From NCBI RefSeq assembly GCF_009914755.1, contig NC_060925.1: DNA of 64,000 nucleotides; one strand, written 5' to 3'. The position numbers and the translations under genes were made by a program. Shown here piece after piece: positions 1 through 22,044 of this stretch; position 1 is the first letter of the stretch; every line of letters begins with the position of its first letter. Below the pieces are notes generated by a model. It was given only the letters and a program-made list of their open reading frames with translations. It made no database searches and was not told where the DNA came from. Origin of the DNA: the human T2T-CHM13v2.0 reference genome, Homo sapiens.

Positions 1-148
1 AGCTACTTGGGAGGCTGAGGCAGAGAATTGCTTGAACACGGGAGGTGGAGGTTGCGATGAGCCGAAATCATGCCACTGCACTCCAGCCTGGGCGACAGAG
101 CGAGACTCCATCTCAAAAAAACAAAAAAAGAAAGAAAGAAAGAAAGAA
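1..148 (+). mobile_element. Alu right arm, cut by window edge
   Basis: ggaggttgc...cactgcactccagcctgggcgacagagcgagactcc followed by an A/GAAA tail. Confidence 0.95.
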
Positions 149-186
149 ATATTTCCTTCTATTTGTGTTTTTTAAAATCTGGCCCT

Positions 187-477
187 GGCTGGGCACTGTG
201 GCTCATGCCTATAATCCCAGCACTTTGGGAAGCCGAGGTGGGCGGATTGCTTGAGGCCAGGAGCTAGAGACCAGCCTGGCCAACATGGCAAAACCCCGTC
301 TCTACTAAAAATACAAAAATTAGCCAGACATGGTGGTGAATGCCTGTAATTCCAGCCTCTTGGGAAGCTGAGTCACAAGAATCGCTTGAACCCTGGAGGT
401 TGCAGTGAGCCGAGATCACGCCACTTGCACTCCAGCCTGGGCAACAGAGCAAGACTGTCTTAAATAAATAAATAAAT
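187..477 (+). mobile_element. Alu (AluS-like), full length
   Basis: Both arms, A-rich linker, (TAAA)n tail. Confidence 0.95.
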
Positions 478-649
478 TATCTGTCCACCACTACTGTAAA
501 GATGACACATGCATTTTATGGCATGTAAATTATACTTTAATAAAGCTGCTAAAAAATAAGACATGCTTCTTACACATTTTTTAAATTACAGAGATGGATG
601 CTTAATAAAGCAAAAGTCTCCTGCAATCCTACCCAGAAAAAGAACCACT

Positions 650-957
<308 letters not shown>

Positions 958-959
958 AA

Positions 960-1650
<691 letters not shown>

Positions 1651-1819
1651 ATGCTTCATCATCTATAATTTTCATCTTATTCCAAATGTCCTGACATAAA
1701 AGTCTGTTCCTGATCAAACTTGAATAAAATGCTTAGCATATAGTACACATGAAACAAATATCAATTTCATGGCCATTGTTACCATTATTTCATGATATCA
1801 TTAATCCAGTGGATAGAAG

Positions 1820-2284
1820 CTCATTCCTTCAGTCAACAATTATTGATGAGCTTCTGCCATATAATAGGTCTGAGGCCCAACAGTGAACAGACATAGACCC
1901 TGCCCTCAAGAAGTTGACAGTCTAGAAACTGATGGATGTCTCAACCAGCAATTACAACATCGTGAGATGAGTACTACAAAAATGCTAACTAGCCAAGTGC
2001 TGTGGCTCACACCTTGGCCTCAACTACTTAGGAGGTGGAGGTGGCAGGACTGCTTGAGCCCAGGAGATGGAAGTTGAAATGACCTATGATTGTACCACTG
2101 CACTCCAGCCTTGGTGACAGAGTGAGACTCCATCTCTGAAATAAATAAATTAAATAAATAAATAAATAAATAAATAAAGTGGTAACTGCCTGCAGGGGAA
2201 ATAAGGGAACACATAAAACGGACATCTAACCCGCCTGAAGAAGGAAGGAAAGGAAAGGGCTATGAGAAAGAAGTAATAGCTTGA
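1820..2284 (-). mobile_element. L2 3' fragment containing a plus-strand Alu monomer (FRAM-like, 1991-2177)
   Basis: tcattccttcagtcaacaattattga...ccctgccctcaagaagttgacagtctag is antisense L2; the monomer has a (TAAA)n tail. Confidence 0.7.
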
Positions 2285-3366
<1,082 letters not shown>

Positions 3367-4040
3367 GCCAGATGACATCTAAGATTCTTTCCATCCCAGT
3401 GATTATAAAATTCTCTGCTCAACGGTGATTAAGGCCTGAAGCTAAATTAAGTTCAGAATCTGTGAGCCAAATGCTTTCCAACAGACCCAGGGTAAAAATA
3501 AATACATAAGTCCATGAGTAAGTAACAGAAAGACAACAATCTGATAGCCTCTAAAACACTTTTATTTTTTGGTTCCCAAACCACATAAGAGTACCTCGAG
3601 TTTCCATATAGATTTGCTCCCCTGCTCCGGGGAAATGTAGCAATGAAGAAGAAGAGAGACCACAGAAATAACAGATAGAAGTGATATGAGAAAAATCAAT
3701 TTGGTGCAGTTTTCACAAACCTTTAAAATAGAGCAATTTAAGTGATGATGGGGTTTCATGACCAGCGGCAGCAGAGCCTCTGATGGGAATGCTGGTGTTT
3801 TTCGGGCATTTCTCTGAGTGGGTGGGAAGGGAAGCAAAATGGTTTTTTCCCCTCCCCTTCCACTTATAAGAAAATGGAGGCAATGAAAAGCAAAAGTCTC
3901 CCATAATGTCCCATTAAGAGAAATGAATGAAATGCAGCTGCCCTGTAGCCAGATAGCACAAACCCTCAGACAGGCACTGGGCAGGCCTTGCCTGCCGATG
4001 CTGCAGAAACAAAGGATTCACCAACACACCTGCCACTGCG

Positions 4041-4054
4041 GTTACCATGGTGAC
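4041..4054. promoter_or_regulatory. RFX X-box-like motif
   Basis: GTTACCATGGTGAC matches GTTRCCATGGYAAC at 13/14 positions, in non-repetitive DNA. Confidence 0.5.
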
Positions 4055-4342
4055 TCCTCACCTTTTGCATTCCTTAACTTCAGGGTTGAGACTGGTTCAG
4101 GGCACATTTGAGTTTTCATGTTTCTCCTTGGCTTCTGAAAAAAGAAAGGTGAGGGGAGGGGAAGGATTCTAAATCAGCTTGCATGCTGCCTTGCCCCAGC
4201 TTTTCAGCCTGCACATCTAGGCGTCTCTAGGGGAGGGAGGCCAACAGCAGGCAGAGGAAGTGGAAATGGCTCAGGTGGAGCCCAACAGACCTAGGTTCAA
4301 ATCTCAGCTCCTCAAGGAATCCCTTTTTATGTTTTTCATTCA

Positions 4343-4812
<470 letters not shown>

Positions 4813-5069
4813 CCCTGTTCTGGGTCAGACACTAGCAGATACACAGAGATGATTGTGAAGAGCTGGAATTGGCCCCCAGAGAGCCAGGAGTACAGAGGAG
4901 ATGATCACAAGCTAGGATGAGAAGTGACTTCACTGAGGCAGGTGCTGGTTCTGTCACCTCGTGGGGAGCTGGGAAACTGTGTGAAGCCTCAGCTGCATTG
5001 ACAAGGACTCTTATGAACATTCTGGCAAGCCCATAAGAGCTCAGCATAAGGGCATCAAAATTAAGGGTG

Positions 5070-5420
5070 AGACGTGTTGAGACTTGTACTCTGTCCTCAG
5101 GCAAGTCTGCTCACTTTCCCAAGCCTCAGTTTCCCCATTGTAAGTCAAAGCTAATAGTAACTGCATTACTCTTACTGAGAAAATGACATTCATTAATACA
5201 TAATGATGAAGCAAAGAGAAGACAGACCTAGATCCACCACACCCTAACTCTCCAATGCCCAGCTGAGTGACTGGGAGAATTCTGAACTTTCACCTCTCTG
5301 AGTCTCAGTTTCCTTACTTTGTAAAAGGGTAATCATAACTCATAAGGGTGTTTCTAGACTTAGATAAGAGAATATATGTATGTAAACCGCATAGCACCAG
5401 CATACAATAAAATGATAGCT
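5070..5420 (+). mobile_element. Two MIR fragments
   Basis: gcctcagtttccccattgtaa and ctctctgagtctcagtttccttactttgtaaaa MIR cores. Confidence 0.75.
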
Positions 5421-5421
5421 G

Positions 5422-5425
<4 letters not shown>

Positions 5426-5455
<30 letters not shown>
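5426..5455. repeat. (TG)15 microsatellite in an Alu tail
   Basis: Perfect dinucleotide run. Confidence 0.97.
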
Positions 5456-6287
<832 letters not shown>

Positions 6288-6798
6288 CTATGGTAGTTGC
6301 TTTTAAGTATAGAAATGGAATTCCTGATCGAGAGCCTCATAGTCAGATATTATTATTGTTATTATTATTTTTAAAAATTTCTCTCTTTTTTTCTTTCCAG
6401 GCTGGTGTCAAACTCCTGGCCTCAAGCCATCCTCCCACCTCTGCCTCCCTAAGTGCTGGAATTACAGATGTTAGCCACTGTACCCGACCTATTGTTAATA
6501 GTGTTACATGTATAGAGAACCTGGCACTTAGTTGACACACCAAAAACTTTACTTCCCAGCCTTTTCAGACCCTTTCCTCAGGCCACCCCACCTTTGCCTT
6601 CTCTTCAGCTTTCAAATGTGTTGGCTACTTCCCTTCCAGGCCAAGGAGGTGCTGCTGGAGGTCTGTGTTCCTTCCATAGCATCCCCCTTTTCCCCTCAGC
6701 CAAATGAAGCGGAGAGGGCTTGGGCCTGACCCAGTGGCCTGCCCACGTGGCTCCCCTGGAGACCGAGGTAGGGGAAAAGGCAGAGAGTGCGTCAGTCC

Positions 6799-6807
6799 TG
6801 ATGCAAT
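6799..6807 (+). promoter_or_regulatory. C/EBP-ATF composite (CARE/AARE) motif
   Basis: Exact TGATGCAAT; E-box CACGTG at 6744-6749 and forkhead TGTTTAC at 6846-6852 nearby. Confidence 0.35.
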
Positions 6808-7374
6808 CACAGGCTTAGTGCTTGGCTCACTTCCTCCTCTTTGGGTGTTTACGGGAGCCTGGATTCCACAGGAACCCTTGGAAGTGTGCACTGACAACAG
6901 AGTAGGGGGCAGACAGCATACAAAATTATCCCTGCTTCAGGGACAGTTCAGGAAGAAAGTGATACTGTGCCTGCCTGGGCCTCACATGCCCTGAGCTCAG
7001 GGACACGGGAAAGAGATACCAGGTGTCAAATCAGAGGCAGGGGAGGCAGGCAGGGAGGAAGGAGCCAGGACAGGGGACAAACCACTAGCTGCTGCCAGGG
7101 CCAGCTTCCAGACACAGCTCAGGGAGGCTGTGAATAGGCCCTTTATCTAAGCTGAAGTGGGGGAAAGGAATCACAGAAGGGGGTCTCAGGTGATAAGGAG
7201 CCTCAGAACAAGCTCAGGGGATCTTGTCCCTTCCTTCTCAGCAGAAATCCTAGCAGGGGAGAAGCTTCTTTTTAAGGATTTTGTTTTCCAGCCATTTGCC
7301 CAGGATCTTCATTTGGGAGGCCCCTCCTCAATCCCACAGGCCTTACTGGGTCACCTAGAGAGGTCCTAAGAGGT

Positions 7375-7600
7375 GCGGTGTTGCACAGTGGTTAAGGACA
7401 TGGGCTTTTGGCAGTCAAGTCTTAGCTCTTCCAGTGACTGGCTGGATACCCCAGGCAAGTCATTTCACCTAACTCTCAACTCCCTACGTCAAACAAGGAT
7501 AATAACAAGTAGTCAACCCCAGAGATAAAGCCGGGAGGCCCATAGAACATTGCCTGGCAATGGTAAAAGCACTCAATAACTGTTAGATATTGTTATTTTT
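7375..7600 (+). mobile_element. MIR
   Basis: cacagtggttaaggacatgggct...ggcaagtcatttcacct...gcactcaataa. Confidence 0.8.
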
Positions 7601-7614
7601 ATTAAGAATAAAGG

Positions 7615-7928
<314 letters not shown>

Positions 7929-8439
7929 AGGCTTGGAGAGCCATTTTTTTCTCTCTCTCTCTGAAGCTGGGGCCCAATTGTCCTTCTTCCTTCAATATCT
8001 AATGACTGTTTCCCAGCTATCAGAAAGGAATCCAACTTCCCCTCCCCCAGAGCTGTGAAACTGAGTAGCAAAGCTTGCTCAAGCTCCTGAGTCATTCAGC
8101 AAAACCAGCCCAAGATAATCAGTGGATCAAGGAAACTAGATGCAGAGTGGGGAAAACCCAGCCGCAAAGCTGGGGCCTTCTCGCAGGGCAGTTCCCTCTG
8201 CTGGCCCCTCTGGTGAGCTTTCACTTCAGGTTCACAAACAAGACAGCATCTTCCCAGGCCCTCCTGAACCCAGAATAAGGCCTTAGCTACTCCTGGGTCT
8301 CTCAACAGCAGCCAGGCCTTTCTCTGGAATCTTGTTTGACACAAACTTTTTGCCTTTGGACAAACTCTCTCCTTCCCTCCGTATCCCAGGCCTCAGGAGA
8401 GTCGAAACCCTGACTCCCATTCTCACTGTCCACTCATTT

Positions 8440-11281
<2,842 letters not shown>

Positions 11282-11549
11282 TATTATTACATGTCTCATA
11301 AGGGGGCTCTCAGCCTCAATCTCTTCCCCCTTGGTACTAAACTCCTTTCAAGTATCTGCCCATCTAGACTCCCTTTCCCCAGACCCCACAGTTGCCCATA
11401 GGCCTTGCTGAAGAGGTCCCCCTACACTCTCGCTGACCTTGCTGACGCCTGCCCTGCTATTGCCACAGTGTTTTGAACCAGGGGTGCCCATCTGACCCAC
11501 ACTGGGCTGAATTATATCTCTTGGGACTCTGAAAGTGGGACATAGTGAC

Positions 11550-11875
11550 TCTAGTTCAAACACTCCCAGGGGTCACAATAGTAATGACAATGAGTGAAAC
11601 AGCCCAGTGAGAGACAATGGGGAATGGCGGCAATTGTGGCAAATGGAAAGCGTGTGCCTCGGCTAAAGGTAGCAGCTGCGTCTCTGCTCTAGCAGATGGT
11701 TGCCATGGGAATATGGGCCCAGACTTGTCAGATATTCTGATTTTCCAGATTTTTGTGTGAGATTTCCCAATTTTTGAATTTGGGGCACTAATTCATTTTT
11801 GTAAATGCCACAGGCTAAGAATATTTTTTTTACATCATATTTGGCCTATAGGGCTGCCAGTTTGCAGTTGGTGCC
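11550..11875 (+). mobile_element. MER102-like hAT-Charlie DNA transposon
   Basis: ggttgccatgggaat...cagatattctgatttttccagatttttgtgtgagatttccc...gggctgccagtttgca. Confidence 0.75.
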
Positions 11876-12084
11876 AGAGAGTCAGGTTTAGGCATAGGAC
11901 TCAAAGCTGGAGACAGCCACTTTCTGCCATGTGTATGGAGAAGCAGAGGAAGCCCTCTGCAGAGCAAGAAGAACAAAACCTATTCCTGCTGACTCCTTGC
12001 CCCCCAGATTTACTACATGTCCACATTTCCTGGCCCAACACCTCCCGCCCTTCTTTCCAGGCCCAAGATTATGTAATAACTAAA

Positions 12085-12340
12085 AGTTATGGGCGCTGAG
12101 GCCAGACAAACCAAGGTTCAGCTGCTGAGTCTGCAACTCCCAGCTGTGTGCTCTTTAAGCAAGTCACTTCTCTTCTCTGAGCCTCAGTTCCTTCCTTACT
12201 CTGTAAAATGGGCTACTTACCTCATAGAGTTGTTACTAGGATAAAATGAGATGCTGTTCAGAAAGTTCTTAGCACAGTGCCTGGCACCCAGTAAGCCCTG
12301 AATGGATGTCAGCCACTTTTATTATTACTGCCATTAGCAG
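12085..12340 (+). mobile_element. MIR
   Basis: gcaagtcacttc...ctctgagcctcagtt...ctgtaaaatggg...cacagtgcctggcac. Confidence 0.85.
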
Positions 12341-12409
12341 TAGTATTCCTCCTCATTCCAGCCCTCTCTCCCAAAACACTTGTATAACTGTGGGCATTTA
12401 CCATTTATT

Positions 12410-12668
12410 ATGATTATTTTTTGAGACAAGGTTTCACTCTACGGCCCAGGCTGGAGTGCAATGGCACAAATCAGCTCATTGCAGCCTTGACCCCCTGGGC
12501 TCAAGCAATCCTCCCACCTCAGCCTACCAAGTAGCTGGAACCACAGCCATGCACTACCACACCCGGCTAATTTTTTTATTTTTTGTAAAGATGGGGTCTT
12601 ACTATGTTGCCCAGGCTGGTCTCAAACTCCTGAGCTCAAGCAATCCTCTCACCTCAGCCTCCCAAAGC
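12410..12668 (-). mobile_element. AluJ, 5'-truncated
   Basis: J-type gggctcaagcaatcctccc; ends at cccaaag. Confidence 0.9.
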
Positions 12669-13059
12669 CTGTTATTATTTACTACTATTTTATCTGCCGT
12701 GGTATATTTTAAACTTCTTGAGTGAAAGGCCACATTTTATCTCTCTTTATATGTGCAAAGGGGAAGAAATGGGGTTGGAACACTGTTTTGTCCGTAGTAG
12801 ATATTCAAGAAACATTTATTTGTTGGCATGCTCCTTGGAAGTTAGGCTCTGTGAGAGCAACGACCTTTGTCTGTCTGATTCCCTATTTCATCCCCTGAGC
12901 CAAGCAGTGCTGAGTACACATAGAACTCTTAATAATGTGTATGGAATACAAGAGTGAAAGGCATCTCTTCACCCTCCACCATGATCTTTAACATATCCTT
13001 GGAGGTTCTTGGTATAAATCTCAATCCACTGTTTCGTAGGTTCTGGAGTCTCTGTTAAT

Positions 13060-13405
13060 GGCATCCCATTTTTCCTTTGGAGAACTGTCCCTCCTCTACT
13101 CAATGTGGCTGACCCACCTCAGCTTGGGAATGGTCATCTGACCAAGGGCTCACCAGTCAGAGACACCTATCCTCTGGCCTTAGTGATGGGTTCAGGATGG
13201 ACTTATGACTCAATCAAGGACAATCAGAGCTGGAACTATTGGAACGGGGAAATTTGCTTTCCACTGAGGAAGCCAATTCACGAGAACATAAGCCCAGATA
13301 GAGCTGCTAGTAGCCATTTACCACCATGAGGAAAAGGCCTACCTAGGAATGAGGCAAACACAGAAAAAGGTCTGAGAGATAGAAAGAGCTAGACAGGTTC
13401 CTTAT
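13060..13405 (+). mobile_element. MaLR LTR (old MLT1, J/K/L-like), 5' part
   Basis: gtgatgggttcaggatgg...gagctgctagtagccat...gaatgaggcaaacacaga. Confidence 0.7.
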
Positions 13406-13407
13406 AG

Positions 13408-13620
<213 letters not shown>

Positions 13621-13885
13621 AGAGAATAACGAAGACGTACTTATAGAAGCAGAGGCTGGAGGCCATGATTTCCCAGACAGAAAGAAACAGAAAGAGAGAG
13701 AGCACTGCTTCCTCATTCCTCATGAGACTAATTACTTCTTCTCCTGGGTTCGATGAGATTTCTCTGGGTTTCTCTAATTCCTTCTCACCGTTATCCTCCA
13801 CCCTGTTTTTTTTTAACTTAAAATAGTTCTAGTGGTTTTTTGATCTTTTGTTTTTGCTTGTAACCAAAAGGTTCTTAGACAACTG
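13621..13885 (+). mobile_element. MaLR LTR (old MLT1) 3' part
   Basis: agaagcagag...ctgggttcgatgaga...cttgtaaccaaaagg is an MLT1-type terminus. Confidence 0.6.
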
Positions 13886-14140
13886 TCCTAGGAAGAGGTC
13901 TGCAGCTAAGCAGTTTTGTTCACTGTGCTGACAAAGAACCTGGGTCCCTGAATCAAGACCCAAACATACATTTGTTAGCTGTGTCACCTTGGCCAGAACA
14001 GCTGGATTCACTGGACTGGCTTGGCCCTCTGTAAAATAAGAATAATAATGCCTATCTTATCAGACTGAATGAGAGAAGGTGGAAATCAGAGCTTAGCAGA
14101 GTGCTGGGCACAGAGAATCCATATCACCTGTGTGTGCTGA

Positions 14141-14723
<583 letters not shown>

Positions 14724-15140
14724 TAAGTGTCCAACACTGTTTGCTTATTAATGATGATACCTTCATACAATAGACAGTTATACAGATTTGGAGGAGAAAG
14801 GACAGAATTATTTTTAAATGAAAACAACTAATGAACAGAATTCAAAATGTTATGGGGTATACTGCAGAATTTGTCTGAATGTTTAAGGTGAAAGCCCAGT
14901 ATTTCAAAGAAGGTTCTGTTGCTCTCGTACATTTCAGACCCTACACACAGTCTCATGCATTACCTGTCTGGCACAGCATTCATCTTTTCTGCCTCTGGGG
15001 TTACTGGGTGGAAAAACTTAAGAAGCATTTATGCAAGTACAAGTCCTGAGGCCTCTAACATTAAAGGTATTTACAAAGATAGATATCCACAACATTTTCC
15101 GAGTACAAAATGCAGGTTTCAAAAATATTGCCAAAAAAAG

Positions 15141-15250
15141 GGCAACCTGCTTGGATCCCCTTCCACGCTGTGGAAGCTTTGTCCTTTCACTCTTCACAAT
15201 AAACCTTGCTACCGCTCAAAAAAAAATTGCCACAAAAAACTCGAAAAAAC
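15141..15250 (+). mobile_element. Polyadenylated retrocopy of an ERV1 LTR R region (LTR9/MER61/LTR12-type)
   Basis: ggcaacctgcttggatccccttccacgctgtggaagctttg...AATAAAccttgctaccgctc, then an A-rich tail and a 17-bp TSD. Confidence 0.85.
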
Positions 15251-15324
15251 AAAAGTATTGCCAAAAATTTGAACAGCGGTTATTTCAGGCCATGACACTT
15301 CAGGAGATCTTTCTCTTCTTCTTA

Positions 15325-15623
15325 GTATTTATTTTTTTCTTTTTTGAGACGGAGTCTTGCTCTGTCGCCCAGGCTGGAGTGCAATGGTGTGATGTTGGCT
15401 CACTGCAACATCCGACTCCCAGATTCAAGTGATTCTCCTGCCTCAGCCTCCTGAGAAGCTGGGACTGCAGGTGCATAGCACCACTCCCGGCTAATTTTTG
15501 TATTTTTAGTAGAGAGGGTTTCACCATGTCGGCCAGGATGGTCTCGATCTCCTGACCTCGTGATCCTCCCGCCTCAGCCCCCCAAAGTGCTGGGATTACA
15601 GGCATGAGCCACCCCGCCTGGCT
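15325..15623 (-). mobile_element. Alu (AluSc-like)
   Basis: ggccaggatggtctcgatctcctgacctcgtgatc. Confidence 0.93.
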
Positions 15624-15789
15624 TCTTCTTTGTACTTTTATGTATTATTTGAAGTTTTTATAATCTGCATACATTATATTTATGAGGAAAAAAAATGAAG
15701 CTATTTTCATGAGGAGTCCACCTTGATTTTACTTTCTCCTATATTGTCCTCAAATCACATTCGACCAGATTTCCTCTACCATACCTTCC

Positions 15790-16098
15790 TTCTTCTTCTT
15801 TTGTTTTTGTTTTTGTTTTTTTTGAGACTGAGTTTCACTCTTGTTGCCCAGGTTGGAGTGCAATGGCGCGATCTCCGGCTCACCGCAACCTCAGCCTCCT
15901 GGGTTCAAGCGATTCTCCCATCTCAGCCTCCTAAGCAGCTGGGATTACAGGCACCACACCCAACTAATTTTGTATTTTTAGTAGAGACGGGGTTTCTCCA
16001 TGTTTGTCGGGGTGGTCTGGAACTCCCAACTCCAGGTGATCCGCCCACCTCGGCCTCCCAAAGTGCTGGGATTACAGGCATGAGCCACCACGACCAGC
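15790..16098 (-). mobile_element. Alu (AluSp-like)
   Basis: ctcaccgcaacc and gggtttctccatgtt; TSD cataccttc. Confidence 0.93.
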
Positions 16099-16302
16099 AC
16101 ATACCTTCATTCTTCAGGAAGAGGAGAATTTACCTGGCTGCCCAGTCCTGCAGGGAGCTACTCCAGACAGACACTCCCTGTATAGGAAGGGCCTTCCATG
16201 AGCCTGGCAGAAGCGCTAGGCAGCTCACTACTGTCCTCTTGTGGTCAGAACAGGTCAGAGCTTGATCTAGCAAAATACCGCTCACCCAGTCTACTCTGAA
16301 AG

Positions 16303-16311
16303 TCAAGGTCA
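16303..16311 (+). promoter_or_regulatory. NR5A/ERR extended half-site
   Basis: Exact TCAAGGTCA in a repeat-free island. Confidence 0.3.
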
Positions 16312-16735
16312 TCCCCAGAAGTGTGACCTCTGGCTATCCCTGCAGTTAATGTGCTGCACACCAGCATCAGTAGCCCAGCACCCCATCCCAAAACGGGCCA
16401 TAATCAGGGTTTAGCAGCCTAAGCCTAAAGACTGCAAACCTATCTGAACAATGCTGTCTATTCCAAGCCAGAGACTTTCAGGAGACACTCTTTTCTGACA
16501 GCTAGAGCAAGTGATGGAGAGCACGCCTGTCCACTAGAGAGAGCACTCATGGTCAGAACTTGGGGTTTCAGACTGCAGAGAAGGCAAAGTTGCAGGAAAA
16601 CAACAACAATCATCCTAATCATAAAAGCCCTTGCCCTTGTATGGTTCTTTTTACTTTTCAAAGTATTTCCCAAGGCAATTTGGCATGTCCAAAGAAATTA
16701 ACACAAGGATGTTTGCTACAGCAAAAGAGAATTTA

Positions 16736-17407
<672 letters not shown>

Positions 17408-17413
17408 TTAAAA

Positions 17414-17482
17414 TATTTCTTTATTCCTTTTCCACTCCCACAGCTTCACTTGACTTAACTAGCCTTAAAAAAAAAAAAAAAA
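17414..17482 (+). pseudogene. 5'-truncated Y3 RNA (RNY3-like) retropseudogene with poly(A)
   Basis: atttctttattccttttccactcccacagcttcacttgact...agcctt matches the hY3 3' half (ATTTCTTTGTTCCTTCTCCACTCCCACTGCTTCACTTGACTAGCCTT); A16 follows. Confidence 0.88.
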
Positions 17483-17483
17483 G

Positions 17484-18125
<642 letters not shown>

Positions 18126-18295
18126 TCATTGTTAAGATTGTTTTTAAAAGAAAAAAATAAGTTTATGTGTCTGTTTAAAATAAGAATTTGTATAGATGTA
18201 GATATATCTATTTAGGTATGTATAGAACACATTGGAAGGAAACACCTCCAATAATGACTGCCTCTGAGAATGGAGGAAAGAGGGCATGGCAGTAG

Positions 18296-18649
<354 letters not shown>

Positions 18650-18862
18650 TGTACTATTAAATTCTTTATCATGCACATTATTACATTTTCAAGGTAAAAT
18701 TTATTTAAAATTTAAAATGTATTTCAAAAGACCTTTGGATATAATGGAATCAGAAAGACTTGGGTTCAAATCTAGACTCTGAGACTTACCAATTATATGA
18801 CCTTAAGTAAATCACTTAACTACTTCGAACTTCAATTTTCTCATTCCTAAAATAGGATTAGT

Positions 18863-19437
<575 letters not shown>

Positions 19438-19708
19438 GCATCCAGATTGGAGTAAAATTGTATTTGCAGATGACATGATCTCGAATATAGAAAATCCTAA
19501 GGAGTTCACAAAATACTATTAGAACTAATAAATGAGTTTGGTGAGGTTGCAGGATACAAGATCAATACACAAAAATCAGTTGAATTTTTATACACTGGCA
19601 ATGAACAATCTGAAAATGAAATTGAGAAAATAATTTTTATTTACAATATCATCAAGAAGAATAATATACATAGGAGGAAATTTAACAAAAGAAGTATTAT
19701 ACAAGACT

Positions 19709-20310
19709 TGGATAGGCACGGTGACTTATGTCTGTAATCCCAGCCCTTTGGGAGGCTGAGGTGGGCAGATCGCTTGAGGCCAGGAGTTCAAGATCAGCAT
19801 GGGTGATACAGTGAGACCTCGTAGCTACAAAAAAAATTTAAAAATTAGCTGGGCATGGGCTGGGCACAGTGGCTCACCCCCGTAATCCCAGCACTTTGGG
19901 AGGCCGAGGCGGATGGATCACGAGGTCAGGAGATCGAGACCATCCTGGCTAACATGGTGAAACCCTGTCTCTATTAAAAATACACAAAATTAGCTGGGTG
20001 TGGTGGTGGGCGCCTGTAGTCCCAGCTACTCAGGAGACTGAGGCAGGAGAATGAAACCCGGATGGCAGAGCTTTCAGTGAGCCGAGATCGTGCCACTGCA
20101 CTCTAGCTTAGGCAACAGAGCAAGACTCCGTCTAAAAAAAAAAAAAATTACCTGGATGTGCACTCCTGTAGTCTCAGCTACTTGGGAGGCTGCGGCGGAG
20201 GATGGCTTGAGCATGGGAAGTTGAGGCTGCAGTGAGCCAAGATTGCACCACTGCACTGCAGCTGGGGCGACAGAGCAAGGCTCTGTCTCAAATATAAATA
20301 AATAAATAAC
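19709..20310 (+). mobile_element. AluJ interrupted by an AluY/Sc-like element (19857-20147)
   Basis: Nested arrangement with duplicated aaattagctgg/aaattacctgg. Confidence 0.9.
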
Positions 20311-20359
20311 AAGATTCAGACACTGAAAACTATAAAAATGTTAAAAGACTTTGCGTCTG

Positions 20360-20706
<347 letters not shown>

Positions 20707-21061
20707 GTTGAAAGAAATTTAATAAGACCTAAATAAATGGGAAGACATCCCGTGTTCCTATATTGGAATGAACAGATGGCATTCTGGGGAGTAAGATGGC
20801 AATACTCCCCAAACTGATCTACATTTTCAGTGCAATTCCTATCAAAATTTCAGCTGGTGTTTTTTTGGGTTTTTTTTGTTTTTGTTTTTGTTTTTTGCAG
20901 AAATTACCAAGCTGATCCTAAAATTCATATGGAAATGCAAGGGACACAGAATAGTCAAAATAATCTTGAAAAAAAATAGTTGGAGAACTCACTGATTTCA
21001 AAATTTATACATAGCCAAAGTGATAAAGACAATATGGTACTGACATAAGAATAAATATATA

Positions 21062-21504
<443 letters not shown>

Positions 21505-21684
21505 CTATATAAACAATTTGATCAAAAATGTAACAGACCTAAATGTAAGAGCTAAAAAAAGCATAATACTCTTAGAAGAAAACATAGGAATCAATCTTCA
21601 CGACATTGGATTAAGCAATAGTTTCTTAGATATGATACTCAAAAGCACAGACAAAACAAAAAAAAGATAAATTGAACTTTGTAA

Positions 21685-22036
<352 letters not shown>

Positions 22037-22044
22037 ATCTCTTG

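Noticed and set aside
11699-11712. Second X-box-like motif gttgccatgggaat
   Set aside because: It lies within the MER102-like element and is likely inherited from its consensus, so it is not independent evidence of a promoter.
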